Positions 1 through 9,972 of a DNA stretch of 21,160 bases are shown in pieces. Each line of letters starts with the position of its first letter. The first letter of the stretch is position 1. Below the pieces are notes generated by a model. The model saw only the letters and a program-made list of their open reading frames with translations. It did no database searches and was not told the origin of the DNA. Both the position numbers and the translations under genes were made by a program. Source of the stretch: Octopus sinensis (taxonomy: Eukaryota); NCBI RefSeq assembly GCF_006345805.1, contig NW_021823788.1:1-21160 (forward strand). The letters are read 5' to 3'.

Positions 1-602
1 GTATACACACCGTTTCTCTCTCTCTCATTCCTCTTTTCCTTCCTTCTATCGCTTCACCTCCCTCTACCTTTCTCTCTCTCTCATAGTTTCTTTATATTAC
101 ACTTTACCCCTCCTCTCTCCTCTCTCTCTTCATACCATCATTCTTTCCCCATGTTATTCTCCACCTGGCTCTCCCCTTCCTCTTTCTGTTCTCCTTTCCT
201 TCTCTATCACTCTTCTCCCCACCTTCCTCTCTATCCCCCTCTCTCTTTCTACATCAATGCCTCTACCCATTCCTCTCGTTTTCCTTCAATCTCCCAACCT
301 ACCTATATCGATCGATCGATCAGTTGTTACTCTCTTACTCTCCTCCTCCCCACTTCCTCTTCTCGCCCCATCAACCTTCTCCAGCTCTCTAGACTTCCTC
401 TTACCCCCTGATTCTCTCTGTCTACCTATTCGTCCGTCCAGCCAGCCATCTATCCATCTATCTATCTATCTATCTATCCAACTATCTATCTATCTATCTA
501 TCTATATCTATCTATCTATCTATCTATCCAACTATCTATCTATCTATCTATCTATATCTATCTATATCTATCTATCTATCTCTCTATCTATCTCTCTATC
601 TC

Positions 603-636
<34 letters not shown>

Positions 637-759
637 ATCTCTCTATCCATCCATCTCTCTATCTCTCTATCCATCATCTCTCTCTATCCTCTATCTCCAT
701 CTCTCTATCTATCTCTCTATCCATCCATCTCTCTATCTATCTCTCTATCTATCTATCTC

Positions 760-794
<35 letters not shown>

Positions 795-960
795 CTCTCT
801 CTATCTCTCTCTCTATCTCTATCTATCTATCTATCTATCTATCTAAATCAATTCACTCTATCTACTAAATTTTTCTTTCCACAAACATATTTCTTCTCGT
901 CTTCTTTCTCTTTCATTCCCATCACTTCTCTGTCTCTCGCCTTCTTTCCTCTCTCTCTCT
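1..960. repeat. Pyrimidine-rich low-complexity tract with a compound (TCTA)n/(TC)n microsatellite at ~445-865
   Basis: Directly visible; explains the LSIY-rich ORF 257..868. Confidence 0.95.
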
Positions 961-1055
961 ACGTGTTTACTGTATCTTCCTCACCCCCAGTTGTCATTCA
1001 ACTTGAACGAAATGTAAACACACAACACAGTCTGACCTTAACATTGTTTCTTTCA

Positions 1056-1105
1056 ATATATATATATTGTGTGTGTGTGTTCGTATGTATAGAGATTCAT
1101 ATATA

Positions 1106-1136
<31 letters not shown>
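1056..1136. repeat. (TA)n/(TG)n microsatellite
   Basis: Directly visible. Confidence 0.9.
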
Positions 1137-1221
1137 GAAAAAAGGTTTGAAAATGCAATTTAAACGATGTTTATTTACTTAACCGGTTTCACTCTTTGGT
1201 AAAAGATTGTCAAAAGAAACT

Positions 1222-1323
1222 TTGAATATTATGGGTTCAAAAAAAGTTTTTTACATAATTGTCACATTGAATATTATGAATTCAAAAATGTTTTTTTATA
1301 CATAATTGTCACATTACATGTAT
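1222..1323. repeat. Imperfect tandem duplication, ~45-bp period, with a partial third copy at ~1437-1458
   Basis: ttgaatattatg...cataattgtcaca starts at 1222 and again at 1267; aattgtcacattacatgtata recurs near 1437. Confidence 0.8.
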
Positions 1324-1626
1324 AAACATAGTATAAAAAAGTTCAATAGTATGATGAGAATATTTGGAAAAATGGCAGAAAAGAATAAACAAATATATTA
1401 TTGGAAATTTGGTTGCGTTAATTATTGGTTGTCGCCAATTGTCACATTACATGTATATATATACAGTCTTTGGTAGAAAGGACATGTTAAAGACATAAGG
1501 AAGTGTAATAGTTTGGTGAGAAAGCTTGTAATATTGACAGAGAAAATTAAAATGGATATTTTAGACATCTCAGAATATTTTGAATCGAAGGCGAGAATTT
1601 GTTTTTTACTGACCTGTTTGTTTTAG

Positions 1627-1717
1627 CAGAAAAGTTGGATTGAGAGAAAAAAAGATATGTACCCAGTTTGGTTTATACTTCCCCTTCAAGCATCAGTGAT
1701 TTTGGGGTTATTGGGAG
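1627..1717 (+). CDS. Internal coding exon of an unidentified host gene, QKSWIERKKDMYPVWFILPLQASVILGLLG(G), possibly the start of a transmembrane helix
   Basis: Branch-point-like ACTGAC at ~1608-1613, then a pyrimidine tract ending TTTTAG|CAG (alternative AG at 1628-1629). Consensus donor GAG|GTGAGT at 1718. Only one of three frames is open (phase 0 in, phase 1 out). Confidence 0.72.
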
Positions 1718-1779
1718 GTGAGTATGCGGGTGTGAATAGATGCGTCCGTGTGCCTGCTGGTCAGACAGCGTCTGTTTGT

Positions 1780-3085
1780 CACACACATATATACACACAC
1801 ACACAACAACAATACACACACACACATAGTATACACACACACACCACATACACACAACACACACACACAGAACACACCACACACAACGCACCCACATATA
1901 TAATATATACACACAGCACACAAATATAACATGTATTTATATATAATATACACACATATATAGCACATACACACACAAACACCACACACACAACACACGC
2001 ACACATATACACATAATATATATCACACAAATACACCTAGCAATATATACACATACAATACACATACACAGCATGTATATAATACACATACACAATATAT
2101 GCATGCAATATACATACGCAATACATACATATAATATATATATATATAGACAATGCATATACATATATACATATACATATAATAGTGTTTATATACACAT
2201 ACATAGATATACCACATATACACACAATATACATACATACAATGCATACACATACACGTAACATACATATAATATATATAGACACACACACACAAACATA
2301 CATACACAATGCATACATATATATACACGCAACGTATATACATGTATTCATGTATATATAGCACACTTACAATATACATATATACAATGCACACATACAC
2401 ACATATATACACTTAATTGTACACATACATATACATACACATACATACAATATACATATACACAATGCGCATGCAAATAATGCACATGTTTATACACACA
2501 TATACATGAAAAATATAATATACACACACAATATATATATATATACACATATATATATATACATACATATACATACATACATACATGCACATACATATAT
2601 TTTTTCACACACATACACACACATATATATATAAAAAAATCACACACACACCCACACACACAAAATACAAACCTATAGCGTACACACTCAAACACATCTC
2701 TACATACCGCACACACACACACACAAACAATGTACTCACATATACACACATACCATGCATATACACACATACCATGCATATACACACACAGCACACACAC
2801 ATATATATATATATATAAAAACAAATACACATGTAAATACATACACACGTACACAATGCTCACACACACACACACACATACACACACACACGCACACAGT
2901 GCACACACACACACACACATATATACACACGGGTACACACACACACACAACGCGCGCGCACACACACCACATACACACACGCACACACACACACACATAC
3001 ATATACACACGCGCACACACACAACGTGCACACTCACACACACACACACAACACCCACACACATACACATAACCTACATATATAT
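1780..3085. repeat. ~1.3-kb degenerate compound (CA)n/(TA)n microsatellite
   Basis: Directly visible; source of the HT-, CV- and IY-rich ORFs. Confidence 0.95.
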
Positions 3086-4529
3086 AATGCATGCGTGTGC
3101 GTGCCACGTATGTGTGCGGTCAATGCCCGCTAGTGTGTCCTATGCGTGCCGATGCGCGCATGTGCCCGCCCGCACGACATGCTGTGAGTGTGCGCGTGCC
3201 CCTGTGTGCCTGCTCTGGATGTGTGCCCAGGGGGCATGTTAGAGTATGTTTAGTTGTGGTCTGTATTTTTGAATAAGATTACATTCCTTATTTATTCGTG
3301 TTTGGTCTGTGGTGTTGTCCGAGCATTGGTATAGTGGGAAGACTAAGAATTTGGGGGACTTATTGTGTGCACAAAGGTCTAAGTGTCCACTTAGTGGTAT
3401 CTGTCTTGTGGAGGGGTCCCTCAGTTGTTGTCGGTGAACTGTCATTCTTTCTCTGAGGGTAAGGCTCGTTTGCCCTATGTAGTCTTCGTGGCATCCTTCA
3501 CACCTTATGACGTAGAGTAAATTTTTTGATGCGCACGTGAAATTATTTTTTATGATGAATGTGTGTCCCGAGTGGAACTTGTACGACGATCCCTCAATGA
3601 GGTGGATGCAGGTCTTGCAATTGGGGCGACCACATTTTTTGATGGTGGGCGGTGGGTTTGTGTTGTGTAATTTTGCGTTGGTGAGGAGGTTTTTTAGGGA
3701 TTTAGGTTGTCTCTTATTTTTATTTTATGAGCTGCCAGTATTTTTTTCAGGCGGGGGTCTTGATTTAGTTGTGGAATGTTGTTGTATATAATAGTGTAAG
3801 CTTCTGCATTCCTTGGGTTGTGTGTTGAGAGATAGGGGAGGCTATTTACTGTACTGTGGATGTGTTTGGGTTTTCGTAGGTCTTGAATGTTGATTGATTT
3901 GGCCCGTTCTATTCCGTTGTCTACTAGTGATGCCGGGTAATGTCTTTCGAGAAGAATTGCCTTAGTTCCCGGAGTCTTCTATTTCGTGTTGTGTCATTTG
4001 AGACAATAGTGCAGATTCTTCTCGCTAGGTTGAAGGGGATATTTGTCTTTGTGTGTTTTGGGTGATTGGAGGTGAATAGAAGGTATTGTTTAGAGTCAGT
4101 GGGTTTGTAATGGATGTCAGTTTCAATGTTGACGCCTTTTTTAATGATTAGGATGTCAAGAAAAGGGAGTTGGTCCTGACTATATTCCATTGTGAATTGA
4201 ATGTTGTTATTAACACTGTTGATAAGGTTTTTGAAGTCTTTAAGTTGGTCGAGTGTGTGGGACCATAGGATGAGGCAATCATCTAAGTAGCGTTTCCAGT
4301 TCTCCAACAGGTATTTGTGGAAAGACCGGCCGTATTTATATTTGGATTTTTCATAGATATGTGATTCCAGGTAGGCCATCACCAGGTTTGCATAGGTAGG
4401 TGCAACTTTCGTACCCATTGCAGTTCCTGAGACCTGTCTGTAAGTGTTGTTGTGGAAATACATGAAGTTGTTTTGCAGAATAAATTTGAGGCCCTCAATT
4501 ATGGATTCTTTTTTAATTCTTTCCGGGAT
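3085..4529 (-). mobile_element. Penelope-like element, inverted 3' arm: RT C-terminal half, thumb, linker, GIY-YIG endonuclease and probable CA-rich 3' UTR (3085-3238)
   Basis: Minus-strand translation gives QVSGTAMGTKVAPTYANLVM, YLDDCLILW, LPFLDILI, HYKPTDSKQYL, KKCGRPNCKTCIHL, LLYVIRCEGCHEDYIGQT, RMTVHRQQ and LSGHLD, ending at stop TAA at 3239. Confidence 0.93.
3239..4529 (-). pseudogene. Frameshifted PLE RT-EN coding fragment (ORF pieces 3924..4643 and 3239..3445)
   Basis: Reading frame breaks near 3960 (1-nt loss) and ~3720 (4-nt loss relative to the + arm). Endonuclease with CCHH residues is otherwise intact to the stop. Confidence 0.88.
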
Positions 4530-6437
4530 GAGGGAAATACAGGATGACATCTCACACTTTTGCAGAAAATTACGCCTCACAGAGGAATTTTTTGACAGCA
4601 AAACTAATAATAACGACGAATCAATGGTCCGTAACAAAAGCAACTATAATCCCATAAAAGGCAAAAACAAAACCTTAGACAAATTTTGCGATTACATCTC
4701 AAACTTCCCTTATGGTGAACTCCCACAACCTAAACTCAAACCCAACACCAGTAAAAGAGAATGGGAAATCATCCATACGCTACGAGACAATCATAACGTC
4801 ACAATAAAGGAAGCTGATAAGGGTAGTACGGTCGTTGTTATGAATACTGAGCAATATAAAAACTCTGTATCTCTCCTTTTAGAGGATACCACATACTATG
4901 AGAGAGTAGTCGACTACCAGCAATCCAAAACAATGACCAAACTGAAGGCACTCATTTACCAACACCGGAATGACTTGACAGCAAAGGAATGCGACTACAT
5001 TACTAAATTTAATTGCAAAACCAGCACACTCTATGGGCTTCCAAAAATACACAAGAGTCAAATTATCACAGAAGCTTGCAAAAAGTCCACTTCAACCTGC
5101 ATCACTATACCACATCCCACTGATCTCAAACTGAGACCAATAGTGGCGGCCCAAGTTGTGAAACACACAGACTTAGCAACTTTATAGATATCATCTTAAA
5201 GCCAATACTGAAACACATTCCAAGTATTGTAAGAGATGACCTGGACCTATTAATCATCTCCCCAAACATGCCGATAAAGACACCTTAATCGTTTCTTTTG
5301 ATGTTATTAATCTTTACACCACAATCCCACATGAATATGGACTGGAAGCCATTAAATTCTGGCTGGATAAATATCCCAATGAGATCCCGGAAAGAATTAA
5401 AAAAGAATTCATAATTGAGGGCCTCAAATTTATTCTGCAAAACAACTTCATGTATTTCCACACAACAACACTTACAGACAGGTCTCAGGAACTGCAATGG
5501 GTACGAAGTTGCACCTACCTATGCAAACCTGGTGATGGCCTACCTGGAATCACATATCTATGAAAAATCCAAATATAAGTACGGCCAGTCTTTCCACAAA
5601 TACCTGTTGGAGAACTGGAAACGCTACTTAGATGATTGCCTCATCCTATGGTCCCACACACTCGACCAACTTAAAGACTTCAAAACCTTATCAACAGTGT
5701 TAATAACAACATTCAATTCACAATGGAATATAGTCAGGACCAACTCCTTTTCTTGACATCCTAATCATTAAAAAAGGCGTCAACATTGAAACTGACATCC
5801 ATTACAAACCCACTGACTCTAAACAATACCTTCTATTCACCTCCAATCACCCAAACACACAAAGACAAATATCCCCTTCAACCTAGCGAGAAGAATCTGC
5901 ACTATTGTCTCAAATGACACAACACGAAATAGAAGACTCCGGGAACTAAGGGCAATTCTTCTCGAAAGACACTACCCGGCATCACTAGTAGACACGGAAT
6001 AGAACGGGCCAAATCAATCAACATTCAAGACCTACGAAAACCCAAACACATCCACAGTACAGTAAATAGCCTCCCCTATCTCTCAACACACAACCCAAGG
6101 AATGCAGAAGCTTACACTATTATATACAACAACATTCCACAACTAAATCAAGACCCACGCCTGAAAAAAATACTGGCAGCTCATAAAATAATAAAAAGTA
6201 AGAGACAACCTAAATCCCTAAAAACCTCCTCACCAACGCAAAATTACACAACACAAACCCAACGCCCACCATCAAAAAATGTGGTCGCCCCAATTGCAAG
6301 ACCTGCATCCACCTCATTGAGGGATCGTCGTACAAGTTCCACTCGGGACACACATTCATCATAAAAAATAATTTCACGTGCGCATCAAAAAATTTACTCT
6401 ACGTCATAAGGTGTGAAGGATGCCACGAAGACTACAT
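3477..6437. repeat. Inverted repeat: arms 3477-4529 and 5384-6437 (~1.05 kb each), unique 854-bp spacer 4530-5383
   Basis: Manual alignment: 4529 pairs with 5384 and 3477 with 6437; about five substitutions plus small indels seen. Confidence 0.95.
4530..6437 (+). mobile_element. Penelope-like element, direct arm: 5'-truncated, and 3'-truncated inside the GIY-YIG motif; Neptune-like
   Basis: FCRKLRLTEEFF, ADKGSTVVVM, YGLPKIHK, LRPIVA(G)PSCETHRLSNFID, SFDVINLYTTIP (~5294-5329), YLDD (5625-5636) and Cx4Cx2C linker (~6278-6306). Ends at ...GAAGACTACAT 6437. Several 1-2 nt frameshifts. Clade assignment rests on the C-terminal EN and the Cys linker. Confidence 0.93.
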
Positions 6438-6650
6438 GTTATATATGTTTGAATGTGTGTGTGTGAGTGTGTACATGTAAAGTGCGTGTGTTTATGTACG
6501 TACAGACCTATGTATGTGTATGTACTTTAGTATACGGGTATATGTATACACATTCACACGCGCGCTGGTACTTGATATACACCAGTGTTTGATGTATACA
6601 GGATCATACAATCATATATGTAAATTTGGCATATGTACGGTATACATCAT
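6438..6650. repeat. Degenerate (TG)/(TA) low-complexity tract flanking the PLE
   Basis: Directly visible. Confidence 0.8.
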
Positions 6651-7159
6651 TGTACATCCGAACCCCGGTTTCGTTCCATCAGCATGCGAGCCCTGATGCA
6701 ACATGGAGAACGAACATGCTTTCTTCTACAATCCATCTGAGAGACCTGTTGAAGGAAACTTCAGATCTGGAGGAAGGTTTATTTATCTTAGAGGCGACCA
6801 AAACCCATAGGAAACATTTGAGATCACGTAGCCTTGTTAGAAATAGCTGGTAAATTCCCCTCGTTACATTGTAAAAAATAAGAAATTGCATGTAAAATTG
6901 GTGTGTATGTGTGTGTGGTCGGGGATAAGTGATGAATGGAGGAATGCTTTTTATGTTGTTTCATTTCTCTGTTTCGTTGTTCGAAAAAAAAGTTCGTTTT
7001 CTGGTTTTGTTCTCGTTTCTCATTCTGTTCACTTTTTTTTTTTTTTGATGTCCCGTACTCGTATATGCATGTATATATACATATATATGTAGGTATGTAC
7101 ATATATGTATGTATATATTTATCTGTAAATATAATATGGGACAATTATACAGTTGCCAT

Positions 7160-7215
7160 GATAAAACTCCGAATTTCGGATGTCGGAAATCCACGCCGGC
7201 ATCTCTTCAGTTATC
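7160..7215 (-). ncRNA. Minimal type-I hammerhead ribozyme motif, probably degenerate, in a ~90-bp island (7130-7223)
   Basis: Minus strand: GAUAA-CUGAAGA-GAUGCCGG-cguggauuu-CCGACAUC-C-GAAA-UUCGGA-GUU-UUAUC. Helix I is GAUAA/UUAUC; helix II is 7 of 8 bp; cleavage triplet GUU at 7167-7165. Confidence 0.65.
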
Positions 7216-7222
7216 GGGCCAT

Positions 7223-7223
<1 letters not shown>

Positions 7224-7261
<38 letters not shown>
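7224..7261. repeat. (TA)n microsatellite
   Basis: Directly visible. Confidence 0.95.
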
Positions 7262-7263
<2 letters not shown>

Positions 7264-7392
7264 TGAATTATGAATGAAGCTGACTTTGGGACCTGACACA
7301 GCTGTACAACTCCTCGGACCTTGTCGAGCCATCCAACTAATGTGAGCATGCGAAAAACAAACGTTGGGTGGTGGTGGTGGTGGTGGTGGTGG
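7262..7392 (+). mobile_element. Diverged RTE-like 3' terminus ending in (GGT)n
   Basis: atccaactaatgtgagcatgcgaaaaacaaacgtt resembles gtccaacccatgctagcatggaaagcagatgtt at ~15038-15069. Confidence 0.45.
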
Positions 7393-7470
7393 TATAAAAA
7401 TATGTTTAAATGTAAATATACATACATACACAGAGAGGAGAGAACAAGTCAAAGATGTTTGTGTGTATTC

Positions 7471-7508
<38 letters not shown>

Positions 7509-8084
7509 TATATATATACACACATACATACATATGAGAACATTAAATTGTATGTATGTATGTATAAACATGATCTATCCTCACGTGTAAATGTGATCAG
7601 AGAAATTATCAGCCTGTCTTAAGCATTGCTATTTTAGAGTTTTCCAAGCATTGATTCCATTCCTGGAGATCTTATTTACATAGATACACACTTTCTCATT
7701 CCCCTCTCTTTTTCGCTTACTTCTCCCTCATCGCCTCCTCTTCTTCTCACACCTCTCTTTCTCCCCCACTCTTCGATTACTTTAAACTCCCATCTGTATC
7801 AGTCATGTTATATCAATAATTCATATAACACACACACATAGATATATAGATAAATACATATGTATACATGTATGTATGCATATGTGTGTGTACTATATAT
7901 ATAAATTTGTGTGTGTGTGAAACCAAGTTGCAAGTCAGACGCCTCTCTGACCGATTTTCATTCGATGTCCGTCCGTGTGGATGTTCCTTCATTAAAATCA
8001 CATTGAGGACATCCATTCGCCCGGATAAACACAAAAAAAACCACATGTTTGTATAGGTTTGGTCTTGAGCTTCTTAAGTAGGGA

Positions 8085-8170
8085 AATCATCAGAATCATT
8101 GACATCTTCATCATCATCGCCATCATTATTATCTTTGTCGTCGTCATTATTATCTTGGTTATTATTTCTC
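8085..8170. repeat. Degenerate (ATC)n/(ATT)n trinucleotide tract
   Basis: Directly visible. Confidence 0.8.
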
Positions 8171-8184
8171 TATTAGTTCTACTT

Positions 8185-8784
8185 GTTCTGAGTTCTAATC
8201 CTGCCAAGGTCAGTTATACCTTTCATTCCTCTGTGGTTGATAAAATAAAGTATTTGTCAAGTACTTGAGTTGATAGGTTCTATTAATCCCCTCCACACAA
8301 AATTTCTAGCCTGATGCCAAAATCAGAAACCATTATTATAGTTGTTGATGTTCTGCTGATGTCAGCTTTGCCTTCTTTTCCTCCTTTTGGGGTTGACAAA
8401 AGCAGTATGAGTTGTTCACTGGAGTCAATGAGACTGATTTACACCCCACTACAACATTTCAGGCCTTGTGTCTCTAGTAGAAAGAATTATTATTGCCACG
8501 CTGGACGGAATGCTTAACGATATTTCGCCCATCGTTATGTTCTGAGTTCAAACTCCACCGAGGTCGACTTTGCCTTTCATCCTTTTGGGTTCAATAAATT
8601 AAGTACCAGTTGTGTACTGGGGTTGATGTAATTGACTTAATCCCTTTGTCTGTCCTTGTTTGTCTGCTCTATATTTAGCCCCTTGTGGGCAGTAAAGAAA
8701 TAAGTACCAGTAACACACTGTATTCAATTCACTCCACTTGCACCCTACCCCAAAATTTCAAGTCTTGCACCTAGAGTAGGAAGA
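8185..8784 (+). mobile_element. Tandem cluster of family-A tRNA-SINE fragments (8185-8331, 8350-8485, 8495-8705, 8701-8784) joined by (ATT)n
   Basis: Shared motifs gttctgagttcaaa (B-box-like), gtcgactttgcctttcatcc, aagtaccag and ccttgtgcc...agtagaaag. Confidence 0.8.
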
Positions 8785-9252
8785 ATTATTATTATTATTA
8801 TTTCCTTCTTACTTCAAATTTTCTTCCGTTTCAGGGCAGAGAAGCTCATTGTATGCATTCCCAGATTACACGCGCAAATTCACAGATAAAATATGTATTT
8901 AAAAATTAATAAATAAATAAATTCATGGATGGATGTTATTTTCACAGCGATAGTGCTCTTCTCAGTACATGAGCCGTTCCAGTTAATACGATTTTTTGCA
9001 CTTCTTGTAGGGATGGTAAGCCTGGAATCATTTTCAAATAGGTTTCAGTACCTTTTTTTTATCATTCCTAGAGATCCTACAATCACTGGTACTGTAGTTG
9101 CCTTGAGATGCCACATTTTTTCAATTTCTATTAGCAAGTCTTTATATTTACTAATCTTGTCAAATTCTTTCGCCGCTATATTGTAATCACAGGGAATAAT
9201 CATGTCAATTAATAAACACATCCTTTTTGTTTGGTGCGTGTGTTTCTGGTGT
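8785..9252 (-). mobile_element. 5'-truncated R4/Dong-type RLE non-LTR retrotransposon (RLE C-terminus, 3' UTR, (TAA)n tail)
   Basis: Minus translation MCLLIDMIIPCDYNIAAKEFDKISKYKDLLIEIEKMWHLKATTVPVIVGSLGMIKK / GTETYLKMIPGLPSLQEVQKIVLTGTAHVLRRALSL*, stop at 8942-8944. One +1 shift in the 8-T run at 9053-9060. (ATT)n on both sides. Not in the ORF track (first piece is 58 aa). Confidence 0.85.
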
Positions 9253-9276
9253 ATTATTATTATTATTATTATTATT

Positions 9277-9965
9277 GCAGCGAGCTGGCAGAATAGTTGA
9301 CACGAAATGCTTAGCGGTATATCGTCTGTCTTCCCTTTGTGAGTTCAAATGCCGCTGGAGTTGATTTTTGCCTTTCATCCTTTCAGGGTTGATAAATTAA
9401 GTACCAGTTGCGTATTGGGATCGATGTAATCAACTTAATCCTTTCTCCCAAATTTGAGGGCTTGTGCTTCCAGTAGAAAAGGATTATTGTTGTTGTTGTT
9501 GTTGTTGTTGTTGTTATTATTATTAAGATGGTGAGCTGGCAGAAGTGATGCTGTACCAGAGAAAATGCTTAGTAGCATTTCTTCCATCTTTACCTTCCAA
9601 GTTCAAATCCCACCAAGGTCGACTTTGTCTTTCATCCTTTTAGGGGTCGATGAAATAAGTACCAGCTGAACAGCAAGGCCAATAAATCAATTGACCACCT
9701 CCCCTGAACTTACTGGCCTTGTGCCAGAATGTGAAACCAATATTTATTCCTTTTGAAGGCTGCTGAGCTGGCAGAATCGTTACCACACCAGACGAAATGC
9801 TTAGCGGTATTTCCCCTGTTGCTATGTTCTGAGTTCAAATTCCAAGTTGACTTTGCCTTTCATCCTTTCGAGGTCAATAAATTAAGTACCAGATGCATAC
9901 TGGAGTCAATCTAATCGACCCCCCCTTCCCCAAAATTTAAAGCCTTGTGCCTAGAATAAAAAAGG
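9277..9965 (+). mobile_element. Three head-to-tail near-full-length family-A tRNA-SINEs (9277-9484, 9525-9740, 9756-9965)
   Basis: Each begins ..gagctggcaga (A-box-like), contains gagttcaaat (B-box-like) and ends ccttgtgc..aga; (GTT/ATT)n linker at 9483-9524. Confidence 0.88.
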
Positions 9966-9972
9966 ATTACTG

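Noticed and set aside
151-3276. Many long ORFs rich in LSIY, HT, CV or IY
   Set aside because: They are translations of (TCTA)n, (CA)n, (TG)n and (TA)n tracts that lack stops by composition. Only the 1627-1717 portion has splice support.
4444-4529. N-terminus MLLWKYMKLF... of ORF 4444..5187 as a real start
   Set aside because: It is the antisense of the inverted arm; PLE homology begins at about 4530.
3477-6437. Inverted repeat as a fold-back sequencing artefact
   Set aside because: The 854-bp unique spacer, unique 3' extension and real substitutions between arms fit PLE biology better. Not fully excluded without reads.
3239-6437. Naiad-type selenoprotein or permuted-domain PLE
   Set aside because: The endonuclease is C-terminal and the conserved Cys codons are TGT/TGC; no in-frame TGA at those positions.
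7367-7392. Poly-His, poly-Pro and poly-Trp ORFs
   Set aside because: They come from the (GGT)n tail.
7915-8060. Unique-looking stretch as an exon
   Set aside because: No convincing acceptor and donor pair and no recognisable peptide.
8087-8093. CUGAUGA on the minus strand
   Set aside because: It lies in an (ATC)n tract with no helix II or GAAA partner.
8929-9186. Hydrophobic + strand ORF as a membrane protein
   Set aside because: It is the antisense shadow of the minus-strand RLE coding fragment.
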